DNA from: Macrostomum lignano
Taxonomy: Eukaryota
DNA length: 64,000 nt
Reading direction: 5' to 3'
Assembly (NCBI GenBank): GCA_002269645.1
Contig: NIVC01001517.1
Location: 124,001-188,000 of the forward strand
The notes beneath the pieces are model-generated. The model ran no database searches. It was not told the DNA's origin and saw only the letters and a program-made list of their open reading frames with translations. Every line of letters starts with the position of its first letter. The stretch's first letter is position 1. Made by a program: the position numbers and the translations under genes. Positions 61,093 through 64,000 of this stretch are shown piece by piece.

Positions 61093-63481
61093 TCACAATA
61101 TACTAAATCTCTAAGATCTGTCTTCATCACAATATACTAAATCTCTAAGGTTTGACCGGTATTCCAGTCTACAGCCTGAATGCCTGAACCGATTTTTTTC
61201 AAACTTGCTTTATTCGACTCAAAATTCTTGTGAGATTGTGTGGGTGTAATTGCATTGAAAAATTCGAATGAGAAGTTGGTTAAATATTCGAAAAACGAGT
61301 TTTTTTAATGCTTTTAATGGGAGGCTAGAAAGGGTCAAAATCTCACTGACTGAATTTCAATTCCAATTAAGATTGCGCCACAACTTTTCTCTGTTCACTG
61401 TGTACGCCTCAATACTGGCTGCAATAAGGGAGAGGAAAATATGCTCAGTGGCTGCGTGTGTACATTCTGACCCTGGCTGACTGCATAGACAATTGCTATT
61501 AATAGATTTCACTCAACTGTGCATTGGCTCTGCCTGCACAACCTGTGCACACTGAGCAGCCTATCACTGCTACGTATTTGACTGCTGTGCCGAAGCATAT
61601 ATGGCTGATTTTTGCGCCCTCCGATCAGTAGGCGGAATAGCCGCAGTTTAGATACTAGGACTAGGTTTAGGCTAGGCATAAGGTCCAAGGTTCGAGTCCG
61701 CCTCCCCAGCGGCTAATTAAAATTAAATAAATTCATTCATTAGTAGCTTCTGCCTCGACTATTTTGAACATTTTTGATTAATTTTAAAATTTTTTTATTA
61801 ATTACAATAATTTATTTTTGCTACTCGCACAAGCCACTAAGCAAATTTGATTTGATTTGTAAAATCCTAAGATCCCATTAATTGTTATTATCTAGGTCTA
61901 TAGAAGTAGATTTTTAGTATATAGGACTAAACTGCAGGGGATTAAATTACTAAACTGCAGACGATGCTGCTAAACTGCTGAGGTATTGCTAAATGCTGAG
62001 TGGTGCAAAAGATTGCCGATATGTATCGAAAATCGATTAGTGAGCCATAAAATGCTGAGCTTATTTCAACATTGTTGAAAGCATCATTGCAGTAGACGAT
62101 GCTGCTAAACTGCTGAGGTATTGCTAAATGCTGAGTTGCGCAAGACTGCCAATATGTATCAAAATTGATTAGTGCGCCGTCGTAAATGCTGAGCAAATTT
62201 TTAAATCATTGAAAAGATCATTGCAGTTTGCTGAGAATACTATGGGGCCAGCTGAGAGAACTGCAGACTGCTGAAGGGATAAATGAGAATTATTAAGGAA
62301 ACACTTGCTGACTGCAAATGAATTGACTGCAGACTACTGAGGGGAACTGCAGATTGTTGAAGGGATCATTGCAGACTGCAAAGGGGACAAACTGCAAACT
62401 GCTGACGTTAGTTAGTTTCTCGAGACTTATGAGCGTATAAGCTGCAAACTGCCGAGGGATAGCTGCAGACTGCTAGGATAATAATGGCAGACTTCTGAGG
62501 AGGATATCTAACTGTGAATAATTGTAGCTTGCAGAAGGGACAATTCTGGGTCCTTGAGGGATAAATGAATAATAATAATAAAAGTTGTAGAGTGCAAATG
62601 AGTTGCGTGACTGCATGTCTGTTTTGCGGACTTAGAAGGGATAATTTCAGGTTGTTGTGGGGATAACTGCCAATTTCTGGGGAGGGTTTAACTTTAAACT
62701 TCTGAGGCGATAATAGTAGTCGCCTTTTAGCAGTTTGGGAGTGGTGCTAATCTGGGGAGCGGTGCTAATCTAAGGGAGTGGGGCTAATATAAAGGAGTGG
62801 GGGGGCTAATCTGGAGGAAGTAGCGGTGCGAATTTTTGTGGAGTGGTGCTAATCTGGGAAGGTGAAACTATCTGGGAAGCGGCGGTAATCTGTGGAGCGG
62901 TGCTAATCTGGACTGAGTGCTAATCTGGGCTGAGTGCTAATCTGGGCTGAGTGCTAATCTGGACTGAGTACTAATCTAGGCTGAGTGCTAATCTGGGCTG
63001 AGTGCTAATCTGGGCTGAGTGCTAATCTGGGCTGAGTGCTAATCTGGGCTGAGTGCTAATCTAGGCTGAGTGCTAATCTGGGCTGAGTGCTAATCTGGGC
63101 GCAGTGCTAATCTGGGCGTAGTGCTAATCTGGGGGAAGTGGGGCTAATCTGGGGGTGTGCGGCTAATATGGGGGGAGTAGTGCTAATCTGGGGGAAGTGG
63201 GGCTAATGTGGGAGAATATTGCTAATCTGGTGAGAATTTGAAAACAACGAATAATCATTAAAAGAACTATAAATGAATTGACATTGCAAAGTTTCAAACA
63301 TTAAGAAATGTAACTTTTTAGAACTTTTTAGTCTCAGTAAAATTGGTGTACAACTGCTTAGAGATTTGCTACTGCAGAACTGCTCGGAGATTAGTGAGAT
63401 TTGCTCAGCGACTGTGCAAAACTGCTTATAGACAAGCGCTCAACTGCTAAGAAGCCACGCGGAGGGGGGCTAAATGGCTAG
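61093..63481 (+). mobile_element. Non-autonomous Helitron-like element, family A copy 2 (tandem, head-to-tail)
   Basis: Same termini as copy 1, with a duplicated 5' end (61093 and 61127), an expanded 17-bp GTGCTAATCTGGGCTGA array, and CTAG at 63478-63481. Confidence 0.8.
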
Positions 63482-64000
63482 TCCAATATACTAAAAATCA
63501 AAACCTATAGGAATCTTCGTTTAACTTGGCTCTACATGGTCGGAATTTCGTGGGGTTTTCTGCATTCGATGCGTATTGATGGCGCGCTGGTACACGAAAT
63601 TTTGCTAAGAAATTGCTTCATTTTTTCGGGATTAAATATTCGAAAAACTCGATTTTGCTCCGTTTTTTAAAGTTCAAACAGTTCTTTCCAATTGAGAAGC
63701 ATTCTGACTGCCGATGGAATTCTATTGCATCATAACTCAGTTCTCTACACTCGCGTGGAGAGCTACAAGGGTTGAAAGGTTGCGCAACACCTTTTAGTTA
63801 TTGAAAGTGAGGGGCGGGTGTCGCTATTCAATTTGTCCTGGGCATTTCCTTGGTTGTTAATTTCAATGCATCAACTTGCAGGCCTCTCACTGTAGCTGGC
63901 GTTGAATGTACACCTTATGAATTTGAATGCTTTAAAGCAGGAATGTTTAATCGTTGTTTGTGCTTCGAGTTGTTCACTTTCAGAAGAGAGCCTTGTATTG
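63482..64000 (+). mobile_element. Helitron-like family B copy 2 (runs off the window end)
   Basis: Starts TCCAATATACTAAAAATC directly after the CTAG of family A; colinear with 54066-54636. Confidence 0.75.

Noticed and set aside
58989-62196. Duplicated small ORFs (67-84 aa) in the Helitron copies
   Set aside because: Short, with no RepHel or other motifs; duplicated only because the element is duplicated.

Overview
Eukaryotic (animal) genomic DNA, not prokaryotic. Short GC-rich coding islands sit in a very dense matrix of micro- and minisatellites; this style resembles the flatworm Macrostomum lignano, but that is inference only. Supported content: (1) the 3' part of a non-LTR retrotransposon with RT, RNase H, a CCHC finger and a (TAAG)n tail (1-2395); (2) a two-exon lipin/phosphatidate phosphatase gene (18986-22120, +) with a hAT MITE in its intron; (3) a two-exon, strongly diverged DEG/ENaC channel gene (35190-38028, +); (4) a five-exon CFAP77 gene (50768-53668, -); (5) a head-to-tail array of two non-autonomous Helitron-like families from about 53985 to the window end; (6) about 30 tandem-repeat arrays, which explain nearly all long ORFs in the track. 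The LINE, lipin and DEG/ENaC reading frames are each broken by one -1 frameshift, most likely a long-read deletion error. The most unusual items are an intron minisatellite built from CFAP77's own exon/donor junction, the mixed Helitron concatemer with tRNA-like and minisatellite cargo, the HG-to-FG and cysteine-depleted DEG/ENaC, inverted repeats flanking its exon 2, and an orphan X-box followed by a splice acceptor. No CRISPR, rRNA or intact tRNA was seen.
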